DNA from: an uncultured Acidobacteriota bacterium | GTDB taxonomy: Bacteria; Acidobacteriota; UBA6911; RPQK01; CBDAPI01 | Assembly (NCBI GenBank): GCA_964565865.1 | Contig: CAZMGM010000009.1 | Span: forward strand, 5,070-69,069 | Direction of reading: 5' to 3' | DNA: 64,000 bases | Part shown: piece after piece, positions 18,712 through 28,116 of the stretch | Layout of the letters: every line of letters starts with the position of its first letter | Position numbering within the stretch: the first letter of the stretch is position 1 | Notes under the pieces: model-generated | Told to the model about the DNA's origin: nothing | Seen by the model: the letters and a program-made list of their open reading frames with translations, nothing else | The model's database searches: none | Program-made: the position numbers and the translations under genes

Positions 18712-19461
18712 ATGCCCATCCCAAGCAAAGACCATCGTTCGATCGAGCTCCCAGCAGCCGTCCTTTTTGACGCGGCCGGCACGCTCATACGGCTGAGAGA
18801 GCCCGTAGGCACCACTTATGTTCGCCACGCCCTTGGCTTTGGACTCAGCCTGGGGTTCTCAGCGGAGCTGTGCGAGAGGGTTGACCGGTCCTTTGGGAGT
18901 GCCTTCTCCCGACATCAGCCGCTCTGGGTTCCGGCGACCAGTACACCTCGAATGAAGGAGCTGGAAAGAAAATGGTGGATGCAAATCGTAACCGAAACTT
19001 TTCAGGGCATTGCGGAGATCAGGGACTTTGTCGGATTCTTTGACTCTCTCTATAATCTCTATTCAGGGTCGGGAGCATGGGCCCTTGAGCCTGGTTCCAG
19101 TGAGGTTCTGGAACAGCTGCAACGGCGGTCTGTTCGAGCGGCGGTTGTCTCCAACTTCGATTCCCGGTTACCCGTTGTGCTGGAGACGCTCGGCATTTCC
19201 GAGTTACTATCCGAGATCATGTTTTCCAGTGGCACGGGCACGGCGAAACCAGATTCGGGGATTTTCAACCTGGCCCTGCAAAGGCTCTCGGTTGGCCCGG
19301 GAGACTGCTGGCACGTCGGGGACAGTCCTCGTGACGATTACGAGGGAGCAACAAAGGCAGGAATCGAACCGCTGTTGTATGATCCGTCGGGACAACACGG
19401 CGATTCGGGATGGCGCACGATCAGCAACCTTGAGGAGATCCTGACCCGCGGTTTGGGTTAG
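18712..19461 (+). CDS. HAD-superfamily hydrolase
   Basis: N-terminal DxA/D motif (LFDAAGTL) and a C-terminal GDSxxD block. Confidence 0.65.
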   Translation: MPIPSKDHRSIELPAAVLFDAAGTLIRLREPVGTTYVRHALGFGLSLGFSAELCERVDRSFGSAFSRHQPLWVPATSTPRMKELERKWWMQIVTETFQGIAEIRDFVGFFDSLYNLYSGSGAWALEPGSSEVLEQLQRRSVRAAVVSNFDSRLPVVLETLGISELLSEIMFSSGTGTAKPDSGIFNLALQRLSVGPGDCWHVGDSPRDDYEGATKAGIEPLLYDPSGQHGDSGWRTISNLEEILTRGLG

Positions 19462-19526
19462 ATTATTTCGGGGAACCGGAGGATGGAAAAGAACTACCAA
19501 GCGTCCATGTGGAGTACTGAGCACAG

Positions 19527-20402
19527 ATGAGCAAGGAGACAATTCATGTAGCCCACAGTCCCGACAGCGACGACGCTTTCATGTTTTACGCCTTGGCGAC
19601 TGACAAGATTGAAACCGGTCCTTTCGAGTTTATTCACCGGCTCCGGGACATTGAGACTTTGAACCAGGCGGCCCAGCGGTCCGAGTACGAGGTGTCAGCA
19701 GTCAGCATTCATGGATATGCATACGTCGCTAAAAAGTATGCTCTTCTAAACAGCGGAGCCAGCATGGGTGAGGGCTACGGTCCAAAGGTAGTGAGCCGAA
19801 CTGCCCTGGAGCCGTCCCAGCTGAAGGGAAAACGTATCGCCGTGCCCGGTCGGCGGACTTCAGCTTTCCTGGCACTCAAGCTGCTCGAACCGAATTGCGA
19901 CTGCCAGGTAGTCCCCTTTGACCAGATCATCGACGTGGTTAAGTCTGGTGCCGCCGAGGCCGGAGTGATTATCCACGAAGGACAGCTCTTTTACCGTGAC
20001 CACAATCTCCAGGAGGTGATCGATCTAGGTCGCTGGTGGCAGGGAGAAACAGGCTTTCCCCTTCCCCTGGGTGGAAACGTTATTCGCAAGGATCTGGGGA
20101 AGCAGAAAATAAAACAAATTGCATCCATGATTTCCGGGAGTATCCGCTTCGCTCTGGATCACAGGGAAGAGGCCTTGAACTATGCAATGCAGTTCGCGCA
20201 GGGTCTGGATCCTGCGAAAGGCGACCGCTTTGTGGGAATGTACGTCAATGAGCGCACCCTGGATTATGGGGAAAGCGGACGTCAGGCAGTCCAGCTGTTT
20301 CTCAATAGAGGTTATGAGGCAGGGCTGATCCCTCATCGGGTGGTGGCCGAGTTCATGGCAGGTGATCTGAGCGAGGCTGACGGTGAAGGGGTTGGTGGTT
20401 GA
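19527..20402 (+). CDS. Menaquinone biosynthesis protein of the MqnA/MqnD family (futalosine pathway)
   Basis: N-terminal HSPDSDDAFMFYAL block typical of MqnA/MqnD periplasmic-binding-protein-like enzymes. Cannot distinguish A from D by eye. Confidence 0.6.
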   Translation: MSKETIHVAHSPDSDDAFMFYALATDKIETGPFEFIHRLRDIETLNQAAQRSEYEVSAVSIHGYAYVAKKYALLNSGASMGEGYGPKVVSRTALEPSQLKGKRIAVPGRRTSAFLALKLLEPNCDCQVVPFDQIIDVVKSGAAEAGVIIHEGQLFYRDHNLQEVIDLGRWWQGETGFPLPLGGNVIRKDLGKQKIKQIASMISGSIRFALDHREEALNYAMQFAQGLDPAKGDRFVGMYVNERTLDYGESGRQAVQLFLNRGYEAGLIPHRVVAEFMAGDLSEADGEGVGG

Positions 20403-20529
20403 ACCTGGCACGAGTAAACTGAAGTCTGTGAATCCAGGCAAAAGCGCTTTGTATCTGATGAATAGTACTCACTTCCATGAATGCGACGTTTGTTGGGGGA
20501 GTACCTAAGCAGAGAAGAGGAGAACGTCA

Positions 20530-20823
20530 ATGGCTAAGGTTTTCATTCCGACCCCACTCAGACAATATGTCGACGACCAGGACACGGTGGAAGTGAGCGG
20601 CCAGACAGTGGACGGAGTGCTGGCACAACTGGTTGAGCAGCACGTCCAGCTTCAGAAGCACCTGTATGACGATCAGGGCCGTTTGCGCCGGTTCGTAAAC
20701 GTGTATCTCAACGACGAGGACATCCGCTATCTGCAAAAGGGGGAGACTCCAGTTCAGGAAAGCGACGAAGTTAGCATTGTCCCGGCTATCGCCGGAGGTG
20801 CTCAGACCGGGAGATCGAAATGA
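20530..20823 (+). CDS. ThiS/MoaD/CysO-like sulfur-carrier protein with a 7-residue extension (AQTGRSK) after the di-glycine
   Basis: Beta-grasp carrier signature (...RRFVNVYLNDEDIRYL...EVSIVPAIAGG). The stop overlaps the moeZ start (ATGA). Confidence 0.65.
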   Translation: MAKVFIPTPLRQYVDDQDTVEVSGQTVDGVLAQLVEQHVQLQKHLYDDQGRLRRFVNVYLNDEDIRYLQKGETPVQESDEVSIVPAIAGGAQTGRSK

Positions 20824-21962
20824 ACGGGCTGACCCCCGAGGAAACCCAGCGGTATAGCCGCCATCTGATGCTTCCCGAAGTGGGAACGGAAGGACAGGAA
20901 AAGCTCAAGAACTCGAGTGTTCTCTGCATCGGAGCTGGGGGTCTTGGGTCGCCGATGGCCCTTTATCTGGCTGCTGCTGGTGTGGGGCGGCTTGGCCTGA
21001 TTGATTTTGACGTGGTTGAATTCAGCAACCTGCAGCGCCAGATCATCCATTTTACCAGCGACGTGGGACGTCCCAAGTTGACATCCGCGCGGGAAAAGCT
21101 GGAAGCGATCAATCCTAATGTTAGTGTCGAGGCTCACGAGTTCCGTCTCAGTTCTGAGAACGCACTGGACCTGTTCTGGAACTACGATGTTGTCGCCGAC
21201 GGAACCGATAACTTTCCGACCCGCTACCTGGTCAATGATGCATGTATTCTGACGGGTAAGCCAAACGTGTACGGCAGCATTTTCCGGTTCGAAGGGCAGG
21301 CTTCTGTCTTCGGGGTTCCCGGCGGGCCTTGCTACCGCTGCCTCTATCCCGAGCCTCCGCCTCCGGGACTCGTCCCCTCCTGTGCTGAAGGAGGAGTTCT
21401 CGGGGTCTTGCCCGGAATGGTCGGAACCGTTCAGGCCACCGAGGTGATCAAGCTGCTGCTTGGAATCGGACAGACCTTGGTGGGAAGGCTACTGCTCTTT
21501 GATGCTCTCGAGCTCAACTTCCGCGAAGTCAAACTTCGCGCCGATCCCGCCTGCCCGATTTGTGGAGAACATCCGACCATTGACAAGCTGATCGACTACG
21601 AGCAATTCTGCGGAGTTGGGCAGGACGGGAAAGAAGAGCAGGCCATGGTTGAAGTCACACCTGTTGAGGTGCAGGCAGAGTTGGAGGCAGGCCGGGAACT
21701 CGTTATCCTCGACGTCCGTAATCCGTATGAAATCGACATCTGCCGGATCGAGGGTTCTGTCGTTATCCCCCTTCCAGAGCTTCTGCAAAGGGTCAACGAA
21801 CTGGATCGTGACCAGGAAATGGTAGTGCACTGCAAATCGGGTGCCCGGAGTGCCAGGGCGATTCAGCAGCTGCAGGAACATGGATTCTCAAAGTTGAGGA
21901 ATCTCCACGGAGGCATACTAGCCTGGGCCAGGGACGTCGATCCGTCACTGCCGACCTATTGA
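20820..21962 (+). CDS. moeZ: MoeZ/ThiF-type E1-like adenylyltransferase with C-terminal rhodanese domain
   Basis: ThiF Rossmann motif (CIGAGGLGSP), CxxC pairs, and a C-terminal rhodanese with active-site HCKSGARS. Confidence 0.85.
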   Translation: MNGLTPEETQRYSRHLMLPEVGTEGQEKLKNSSVLCIGAGGLGSPMALYLAAAGVGRLGLIDFDVVEFSNLQRQIIHFTSDVGRPKLTSAREKLEAINPNVSVEAHEFRLSSENALDLFWNYDVVADGTDNFPTRYLVNDACILTGKPNVYGSIFRFEGQASVFGVPGGPCYRCLYPEPPPPGLVPSCAEGGVLGVLPGMVGTVQATEVIKLLLGIGQTLVGRLLLFDALELNFREVKLRADPACPICGEHPTIDKLIDYEQFCGVGQDGKEEQAMVEVTPVEVQAELEAGRELVILDVRNPYEIDICRIEGSVVIPLPELLQRVNELDRDQEMVVHCKSGARSARAIQQLQEHGFSKLRNLHGGILAWARDVDPSLPTY

Positions 21963-22009
21963 GCCGTCCACCTTTGCGAGTTCCCGCGCGCAACTTCCAC
22001 CAGGGACTG

Positions 22010-22666
22010 CTAGGGCAAGCCGAGCCAGTGACCTCGGCTCCTCCAATAGCGCACGTCTTCTGGGCTGTTCAGGTTGGCCAGGATTCCCTCGTCCTCGACC
22101 TCGACCAGGCGGATCGAGACGGCGTGGCGTCGGACCACGAAATTGGCCCCTTCTTCAAGGGGAGCAGCCAACAGGTCGGGTAGGAATGAAGACCCAAAGA
22201 CAACTGGATGGCCCTTTTCCCCGTTACTTGTTGGGATAAGGATGCGGTCGGGGCTGTCCAGGTGAAGAGACGTGAGTCTCAACAGCGTAGAAGTGGCAAC
22301 CAGGGGATGATCCACGGGATGCATGAGCACACCGGAAGTGGACTGAAGTTGCTTCAGGGCGAGCTGCAAGCTGGACAAGGGCCCTTTTTCAGGTCGCCTG
22401 TTGATCAACACAACGGCCTCCGGGATTTCCGGACTCAAGTACGTGGCCAGTTCCTGGGAAACGACGAGGTGAGGTGCAAGGCCGCAATCGAGATGTTGAT
22501 TCAGAATCCTCTCCCAGGCCTGCTCAGTGGGTGAGATCTGCAGCAAGGCTTTGTGGCGGCCCAGCCGGGCCGAGCGTCCGGCCGCCAGAATCACCGAAGC
22601 CAGCTGGCTGGGGGCAGGGGCCGGTCCGTCGGAGGAGTTCCGGATTGCAGGCTTCACAGTCCACAA
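22010..22666 (-). CDS. MobA/MocA-like NTP-transferase (molybdenum-cofactor nucleotidyltransferase family)
   Basis: ILAAGRSARLG nucleotide-binding motif and GT-A-like fold size. Confidence 0.55.
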   Translation of the reverse strand: MWTVKPAIRNSSDGPAPAPSQLASVILAAGRSARLGRHKALLQISPTEQAWERILNQHLDCGLAPHLVVSQELATYLSPEIPEAVVLINRRPEKGPLSSLQLALKQLQSTSGVLMHPVDHPLVATSTLLRLTSLHLDSPDRILIPTSNGEKGHPVVFGSSFLPDLLAAPLEEGANFVVRRHAVSIRLVEVEDEGILANLNSPEDVRYWRSRGHWLGLP

Positions 22667-22836
22667 TTACCCGTTACATCCCTCCCTGTCAACGGTGGTC
22701 GTACAGGCACCGCAGAAAGAAGGAAGCAGGAAGGCTCTTGGTGGGGCTGCTATACTGGAGTTTTCGTCAAAAGCGCTAGACTCTGGCCCGAGATTGCTAA
22801 CCTACTGTACTTGCTGCACAGGGCAGGATAAACGGG

Positions 22837-23166
22837 ATGTCGATTATAGTTACGGATAACGCAGCAGAGCGCATCAAGGTTGGTGCGGAACAGCAGGGAC
22901 TGGCCCCAGGTTCCGGTCTACGACTTGGTGTCAGGGGAGGCGGATGCTCGGGTCTCAGTTACGTGATGCGTTTTGAGGAAGACAGTCGGCCTGGAGACAA
23001 GATCTTTGAGAAGCAAGGCGCGCGCGTGTTCGTAGATCTGAAGAGTTACCTGTATCTCAAAGGGATGACTTTGGACTGGCAAGGAGACCTGATGCAGCAG
23101 GGCTTTGCCTTTGTAAATCCGAATGCCAGCAAGACCTGTAGCTGCGGCCAGTCGTTTATCGTTTGA
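22837..23166 (+). CDS. Iron-sulfur cluster insertion protein (IscA/ErpA/HesB A-type carrier)
   Basis: A-type carrier length and the three conserved Cys, including C-terminal CSCGQSF. Confidence 0.85.
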   Translation: MSIIVTDNAAERIKVGAEQQGLAPGSGLRLGVRGGGCSGLSYVMRFEEDSRPGDKIFEKQGARVFVDLKSYLYLKGMTLDWQGDLMQQGFAFVNPNASKTCSCGQSFIV

Positions 23167-23184
23167 GAGAAAAATTTAGCCCCG

Positions 23185-23565
23185 GTGTCTACCTCAACAT
23201 CGGCTAAGAAGTTGAGAGTTTCCAGAATGATCGTCGCCTACATCACCGATTTATTTTCCCAGGCGGACATCGGTCAAACAGCCCAGGAGGCCGGCGTAGA
23301 GATCAAAGTAGTGACTTCTCTTTACAAGTTTCTGCCTGAGATTGAAACTAATCCTGCGGCCATTCTCGTCGACCTGAATGCAAAAGGGATCAGTCCCACC
23401 TCCCTGATCGTTCAAGTCAAGCAGCGAAAGCCCCACTTGCCGGTGATTGCCTACGGTCAGAATACTGCCAGAACCCTGCTGGACGGAGCCCGCAGCGCAG
23501 GCGCCGACCACGTTTTACAGAAATCCGAGAACTCCCTGTCCAGCGTTCTCAGGCAGTTCAGCTGA
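23185..23565 (+). CDS. Single-domain response-regulator receiver-like protein (atypical acidic pocket)
   Basis: CheY-like layout: MIVAYITD, LVDLN (putative phospho-Asp), C-terminal GADHVLQKS. The first acidic pair is degenerate. Confidence 0.5.
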   Translation: MSTSTSAKKLRVSRMIVAYITDLFSQADIGQTAQEAGVEIKVVTSLYKFLPEIETNPAAILVDLNAKGISPTSLIVQVKQRKPHLPVIAYGQNTARTLLDGARSAGADHVLQKSENSLSSVLRQFS

Positions 23566-23923
23566 AGTTCCCACGGGAAACGCGCACAGCAACCTTCCGG
23601 ACCTGGCCCTCGAGAGATGCAGGAAACTTTTGAATCTCCACGTCGACTTTTTCAATTCGAGGGTTGCGAAGAACTGCTACGCAGACATGGGCCGCCATAG
23701 TTTCCAGCAGGGCACACTCTTTTGTCGCTACCTCCTGTTGAACTAAGGCTACGACCGTCTCGTAGTCGATCGAGAGGTCAAGTGAATCAGTGTTGATGGC
23801 AGGTTCAGTCGGGAAATGCAATTGTACGGAGACTTCCAACGACTGGTATTTAGCCCTTTCCTGGCTGGAGACACCGATCCGTGCTCGACACTTAATACCG
23901 TCGATAATAATCTGTCCTGACAC
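23558..23923 (-). CDS. folB: Dihydroneopterin aldolase
   Basis: FolB size with IGVSSQERAKYQ and the C-terminal conserved Lys region. Confidence 0.75.
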   Translation of the reverse strand: MSGQIIIDGIKCRARIGVSSQERAKYQSLEVSVQLHFPTEPAINTDSLDLSIDYETVVALVQQEVATKECALLETMAAHVCVAVLRNPRIEKVDVEIQKFPASLEGQVRKVAVRVSRGNFS

Positions 23924-23937
23924 CGCCGTTTTTCCTT

Positions 23938-24790
23938 TCAGTGCTCAGCGATTCCCTGGAGACAAGTCCTGACCCGCCTCCAGTATCGGGCGGGCTCCGT
24001 TTCGTGGACCTTCCCATGGCCAGAGCCATGGAGCTGGAACAATTCTTTGGGAAGTGCCAGGAGATTGTAAAGCTCTTCTCCGGCCTGAAAGGGAATCATG
24101 GAGTCCTCAACAGCATGGATGAGCAGGACCGGACAGGAACGATCTGCTAGGAAGCGAATCGTAGGGAATTCGTATTCGGAGAACCGCCTCACCCAGTTCA
24201 GGGCCCGGAACCACCGGACCAATCGGTCCTTACTCGCAAAACTCCCTTCCAGAATCAGTCCGTTCAGCGCTCGTCTCTGGCAGGCTCGGGCTGTGCCCCC
24301 CCAGTGGCCTGCCCCAGTAGACGACTAGAAGTTCCGGCTCGTACAACTGGGCCCAGAAGTGTCCGAGGAACGCTTCGACGTCCAGATAAAGACCCTGTTT
24401 GGTGGGTTGACCTGGACTCTCGCCGTAGCCGCGGTAGTCCAGGGCTGCAACTCGGCTGCCGCAGGAATAAATCAATTCCAGTAGCGGGCACCAGGTTCCC
24501 AGGTTTCCCCGATTGCCGTGACAAAAGAGCGCCTCAGCAACTGGAGAAAGATGCTCGAGCAGCCAGCCGTGAATGTCGAGATGGTCGAAGGTTTGGACGA
24601 AAGAGGATTGAAAGGGTCCCTGTGGCCGGCGGTTTAGTTTTCGATAGGGAAAGAAGGAAAGCCTCCTTTCCAGCCATCTGACTAGGTTCTGAATCATGGG
24701 TGCCGGGCTCGCTCCGCTCATCCCTGTTCCACCTCCCTCTGTCCACAACACATGTTCCATGTTCCCGATTTCACGAAATCCGGAATGCAA
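23938..24790 (-). pseudogene. Alpha/beta-hydrolase (BEM46-like) split by a frameshift into two ORFs (24230-24790 and 23938-24222)
   Basis: The N-terminal ORF carries HGNRGN and ALDYRGYGES. The nucleophile block reads VVYWGRPLGG then runs into nonsense. The C-terminal ORF (LLIHAVEDSMIPF...) is in a different frame immediately downstream. Confidence 0.5.
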
Positions 24791-24828
24791 CTCTTGACTT
24801 TAGGCTTGCGACTTCCAACCTTCAACCA
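24752..24828. repeat. Locus C of the heptad-repeat family: reverse units (ACATGTT CCATGTT), central palindrome GATTTC-AC-GAAATC, then six forward units with RAC at exact 7-nt spacing, ending ...CCAACCTTCAACC
   Basis: Seen in sequence. Lies in the divergent region between the hydrolase pseudogene and the MBL gene. Confidence 0.35.
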
Positions 24829-24886
24829 TTGTCGCATTGCGGATAGCTTTTCGCTCGAGTACTTTTCAGGGGTTTTACAGACTTGA

Positions 24887-25639
24887 ATGGGCGCGGTATA
24901 TTCGCCCACAGGAGGCACACACGTGAGCAATAGCGTTGAGGTCAAATACCTAGGACACAGCACGTTCATCTTCGAGTCGCCTGGTGGAAAGACGGTTCTC
25001 ATGGAAGCCTGGGTCGGGAGCAATCCTGCCTGTCCAGAAGCCGACAGAGAGCTCCCTCCAATCGACGTCATGCTTATCACCCATGGTCACTCCGACCATA
25101 TTTCAGATGCGGTCGAGATCGCTAGACAGCACCAGCCGCAGATCGCCTGCCCCTACGAGCTGGCAGCGTGGTTGGGTGGAAAGGGTGTGGAAAACATTAC
25201 CGCGATGAACAAGGGCGGATCAGTTGTTTATGACGGGATCCGCGCCACCATGGTTGATGCGAAGCACAGCAGCGGATTCATTGAGGAAGATGGAAGCATC
25301 GTGTATCTGGGCTCGGCCGCAGGGTTCGTCATTCAGTTCGAGAATAACCTCCGAATTTATTACGCCGGGGATACGTGTGTATTTGGAGACATGGCCCTGA
25401 TTCGAGAGATCTATCAGCCGGACATTGCTTTTCTCCCCGTCGGAGACCTGTTTACAATGGGACCTGAAGAGGCCGCTCATGCCGTCCGCCTGGTCCAAAC
25501 GCCCAGGGTCATTCCCATGCACTATGGGACCTTCCCTATTCTGACGGGCACGCCGGACCAGCTTCTCCCTCTGCTTCCTTCCGGTGTCGAGCTCATCGAG
25601 CTGGATCCTGGTGAGGCCTGCACGCTGGGTTGTTCGTGA
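24887..25639 (+). CDS. MBL-fold metallo-hydrolase
   Basis: THGHSDH motif. The true start is possibly the GTG near 24923 (VSNSVEVKYLGHSTF). Confidence 0.65.
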   Translation: MGAVYSPTGGTHVSNSVEVKYLGHSTFIFESPGGKTVLMEAWVGSNPACPEADRELPPIDVMLITHGHSDHISDAVEIARQHQPQIACPYELAAWLGGKGVENITAMNKGGSVVYDGIRATMVDAKHSSGFIEEDGSIVYLGSAAGFVIQFENNLRIYYAGDTCVFGDMALIREIYQPDIAFLPVGDLFTMGPEEAAHAVRLVQTPRVIPMHYGTFPILTGTPDQLLPLLPSGVELIELDPGEACTLGCS

Positions 25640-26616
25640 TGCCCAACACACGCCAGCACGTAGCCGTCCAGCAGTCAGCCGGTATTCTCAATTACTCCAA
25701 CCGCGGCAAAGTTCTGGTCCAGGGAACCGACCACGTCAGTTTTCTGCACTCCATGATCAGCCATGATGTCGAAAAGCTGGAGGAGTATCGAGGTCGCTAC
25801 GGGACGTTCCTGACCCACACCGGAAAACTGATTTGTGACTTCTATTTCTACAAGCTTCGCGAGCACATCCTCGTCGACCTGAACCAGGGTCTTGCTCCCC
25901 GGATCGTCGAAGCCCTGAACCGCTTCGTGGTTATGGACGATGTAGCGCTGGTAGATGAAAGCGGGTCCTGGGACCATATCTCCGTACAGGGGCCGATGGC
26001 TGCTACCATCCTGGAGGGTGTTTTTTCAGTGTCCCCTCCCGCGCAGCGTTACAGGGTTCAAGAAATACCCTCGCAGCAAGCCTTGTTGATCAACAAGGCG
26101 GAACTCGCTGAATCGGGCTATGATGTTCTACTGCCGAGGGGTGCAGGAGAACCCTGGATCTCTTCTGTGGTGGAAAAGTTTGGATCGTTGGGTGTCCTCG
26201 TAGTTGACGAAGAGGTCCGCAACATTCTTCGGGTGGAGCTCGGAACTCCCTGGTTCGGAGTGGACATGGATGAGAGCAACTATCCGATGGAAGCCGGCCT
26301 AGAAGAGTCGATCAGCCTGACCAAGGGGTGCTTTGTGGGACAGGAGGTTGTGGCGAAGGCAACCCACATCGGTGGTGTACGCAGGCGGTTGGGGAAATTG
26401 ATCTTTCCTCCTGGGAGCACAATCCCCGAGAAGGGTGCGAAGGTCATGAAAGAGGAAACCCCTATTGGCTCTGTAACGAGTGGGGTTGAGTCAATCCGAT
26501 TGCAGAGGCCGATTGCGCTCGCTTACCTGATTCAGACTCGCATCTCCACTGGAGACCAGGTAATGGTGCTCGTGAATGGGAAAGCAGTTCCGGCCTGTGT
26601 TGTCGAATCCTTCTAA
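25630..26616 (+). CDS. ygfZ: Folate-binding Fe-S cluster repair/assembly protein YgfZ (GcvT-like)
   Basis: KGCFVGQE signature of the YgfZ/COG0354 family. Aminomethyltransferase-like fold size. Confidence 0.7.
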   Translation: MFVMPNTRQHVAVQQSAGILNYSNRGKVLVQGTDHVSFLHSMISHDVEKLEEYRGRYGTFLTHTGKLICDFYFYKLREHILVDLNQGLAPRIVEALNRFVVMDDVALVDESGSWDHISVQGPMAATILEGVFSVSPPAQRYRVQEIPSQQALLINKAELAESGYDVLLPRGAGEPWISSVVEKFGSLGVLVVDEEVRNILRVELGTPWFGVDMDESNYPMEAGLEESISLTKGCFVGQEVVAKATHIGGVRRRLGKLIFPPGSTIPEKGAKVMKEETPIGSVTSGVESIRLQRPIALAYLIQTRISTGDQVMVLVNGKAVPACVVESF

Positions 26617-26679
26617 TAGGGGCTGCCCGAAGAAGCGAAACCAGTCGAAGCAGCAGGGCCTGACAAGGCTGTTGGCCTA

Positions 26680-27294
26680 CTACAAGCGCTTGGCGTAGTA
26701 CTCAATAACCGACGAGACGTCAACAGGGAAGGGAACGGAATTTGGCTCAGGGAGGGCCACCACGGTCGCAGTCAGGGTCACATCGTCGAATGCGATCCAG
26801 TTAGGACGAATCAGGGAGAGTTCGAGCAGAGAAGTCGTGATGATGTCAAGTTTCAGGCTTCTTTCTTTTGGTCTGACAACATCACCCAGCTTGACCCTGA
26901 AAGAGGACACATCGGTAGTTCGTCCATTGACCGTAAAGTGACCGTGATTAACCAGCTGCCTGCTTGCCGGGATCGTCGTGGCGTAGCCAGCTCGAAAAAC
27001 CACATTGTCAAGCCGTCTTTCCAGGAACTCGAGGAGCTGTTCGCCGGCCGCCTTGCGGCCCCGTCGGGCCTCGGCGACGAGACGCCGGAACTGTCGTTCT
27101 CCCAGCCCGTAGTTGAAGCGAAGCTTCTGTTTTTCCTTCAACTGAAGACCGTAGTCGGAAAGCTTTCGTCGTCGGGCTCGGCCGTGCTCGCCGGGCGGGA
27201 ATTCCCGGTTCTTCATCGACTTTCGGGAGAGGCCGGGCAGATTGAGGCCCAGTGCCCGCATCTTCTTTAGACGTGGTCCCTTATTTCGTGCCAT
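26680..27294 (-). CDS. rpsD: 30S ribosomal protein S4
   Basis: Unambiguous S4 sequence (MARNKGPRLKKMRALG...). Confidence 0.9.
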   Translation of the reverse strand: MARNKGPRLKKMRALGLNLPGLSRKSMKNREFPPGEHGRARRRKLSDYGLQLKEKQKLRFNYGLGERQFRRLVAEARRGRKAAGEQLLEFLERRLDNVVFRAGYATTIPASRQLVNHGHFTVNGRTTDVSSFRVKLGDVVRPKERSLKLDIITTSLLELSLIRPNWIAFDDVTLTATVVALPEPNSVPFPVDVSSVIEYYAKRL

Positions 27295-27777
27295 TCAACA
27301 TCGACTCCTTGTCCTTTCTGCCGGACCATTGCGGGCACGGCTCGCCCAGAACGAATCAACCCCGCACGGCGGGTGCCTTGCAGTCGCTCTTTCGGGAGCG
27401 AGGAAAAACAGACATTATGGGTGCTTATCGCGGTCCTTGTCAACGTCGGAGACTGGTTCTCGTGACCGTATAATGGGGGTTGCCGTGACTGTTTCCGCGG
27501 TGCTTCTTCTACCTCCCGAAAATCGCAACTGTCGCTTCTTTTCACCCTCTCCAAGGCTCGGAGAAGCTACAGTTGACATCCACACGAACTCGAATCGGCC
27601 AACTCATTGCCTTCAAGATTTTCTTCGAGGCTGTCAGCTGACCGGGCAACCGCCGAACACGTGAGGCTAGACCCGGATGTGCTCAAGCTGCACACAGAGA
27701 GTCACTCCCAGGTGGTCATGAAGCGTTATCGCTCCGAGATGGAGAGGATATTAGGCTGGCTGTTATCCCCGCAGTCT

Positions 27778-28116
27778 TCAGCCTGACGGGTTTGTCAGAG
27801 CATCGGCCAGCTGCCGGAGGAACTCGAACGAATAGATTCCGCTTTTGTGTCCGTCGCTGAAAGAGAATTGAATCGCGTAGTGGCCAACCTGCTCTGCTCC
27901 CGTAACCTGTAAAGGTAACTGGCCCAGGATGGGGAGCGAAAACTGGTCTTCTTCGGGTGCTCTGGGTGTGGGCCTCTCACCATGGCCCGTGCAGGTGGCA
28001 CAAGGACAATTGTGGCGAAGAAACGAGGAGGGGAAGTTCGTCTCGGCTCCGTCATTCCAGGTAATCTTGATGTCTGAAGGTTCTACCAGCCGGATCCTGC
28101 GGGGTGTGGGGCTCAA
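27778..28116 (-). CDS. DUF971-family protein (gamma-butyrobetaine hydroxylase-like N-terminal domain)
   Basis: ITWNDG...FLRHNCPCATC motif. Typically adjacent to mrp/apbC, as here. Confidence 0.6.
   Translation of the reverse strand: MSPTPRRIRLVEPSDIKITWNDGAETNFPSSFLRHNCPCATCTGHGERPTPRAPEEDQFSLPILGQLPLQVTGAEQVGHYAIQFSFSDGHKSGIYSFEFLRQLADALTNPSG

Noticed and set aside
20403-20529. Possible riboswitch in the 127-bp leader of the sulfur-carrier gene
   Set aside because: There is a simple CCTGG...CCAGG stem, but none of the TPP, Moco or SAM riboswitch consensus elements is recognisable by eye. An Rfam scan would be needed.
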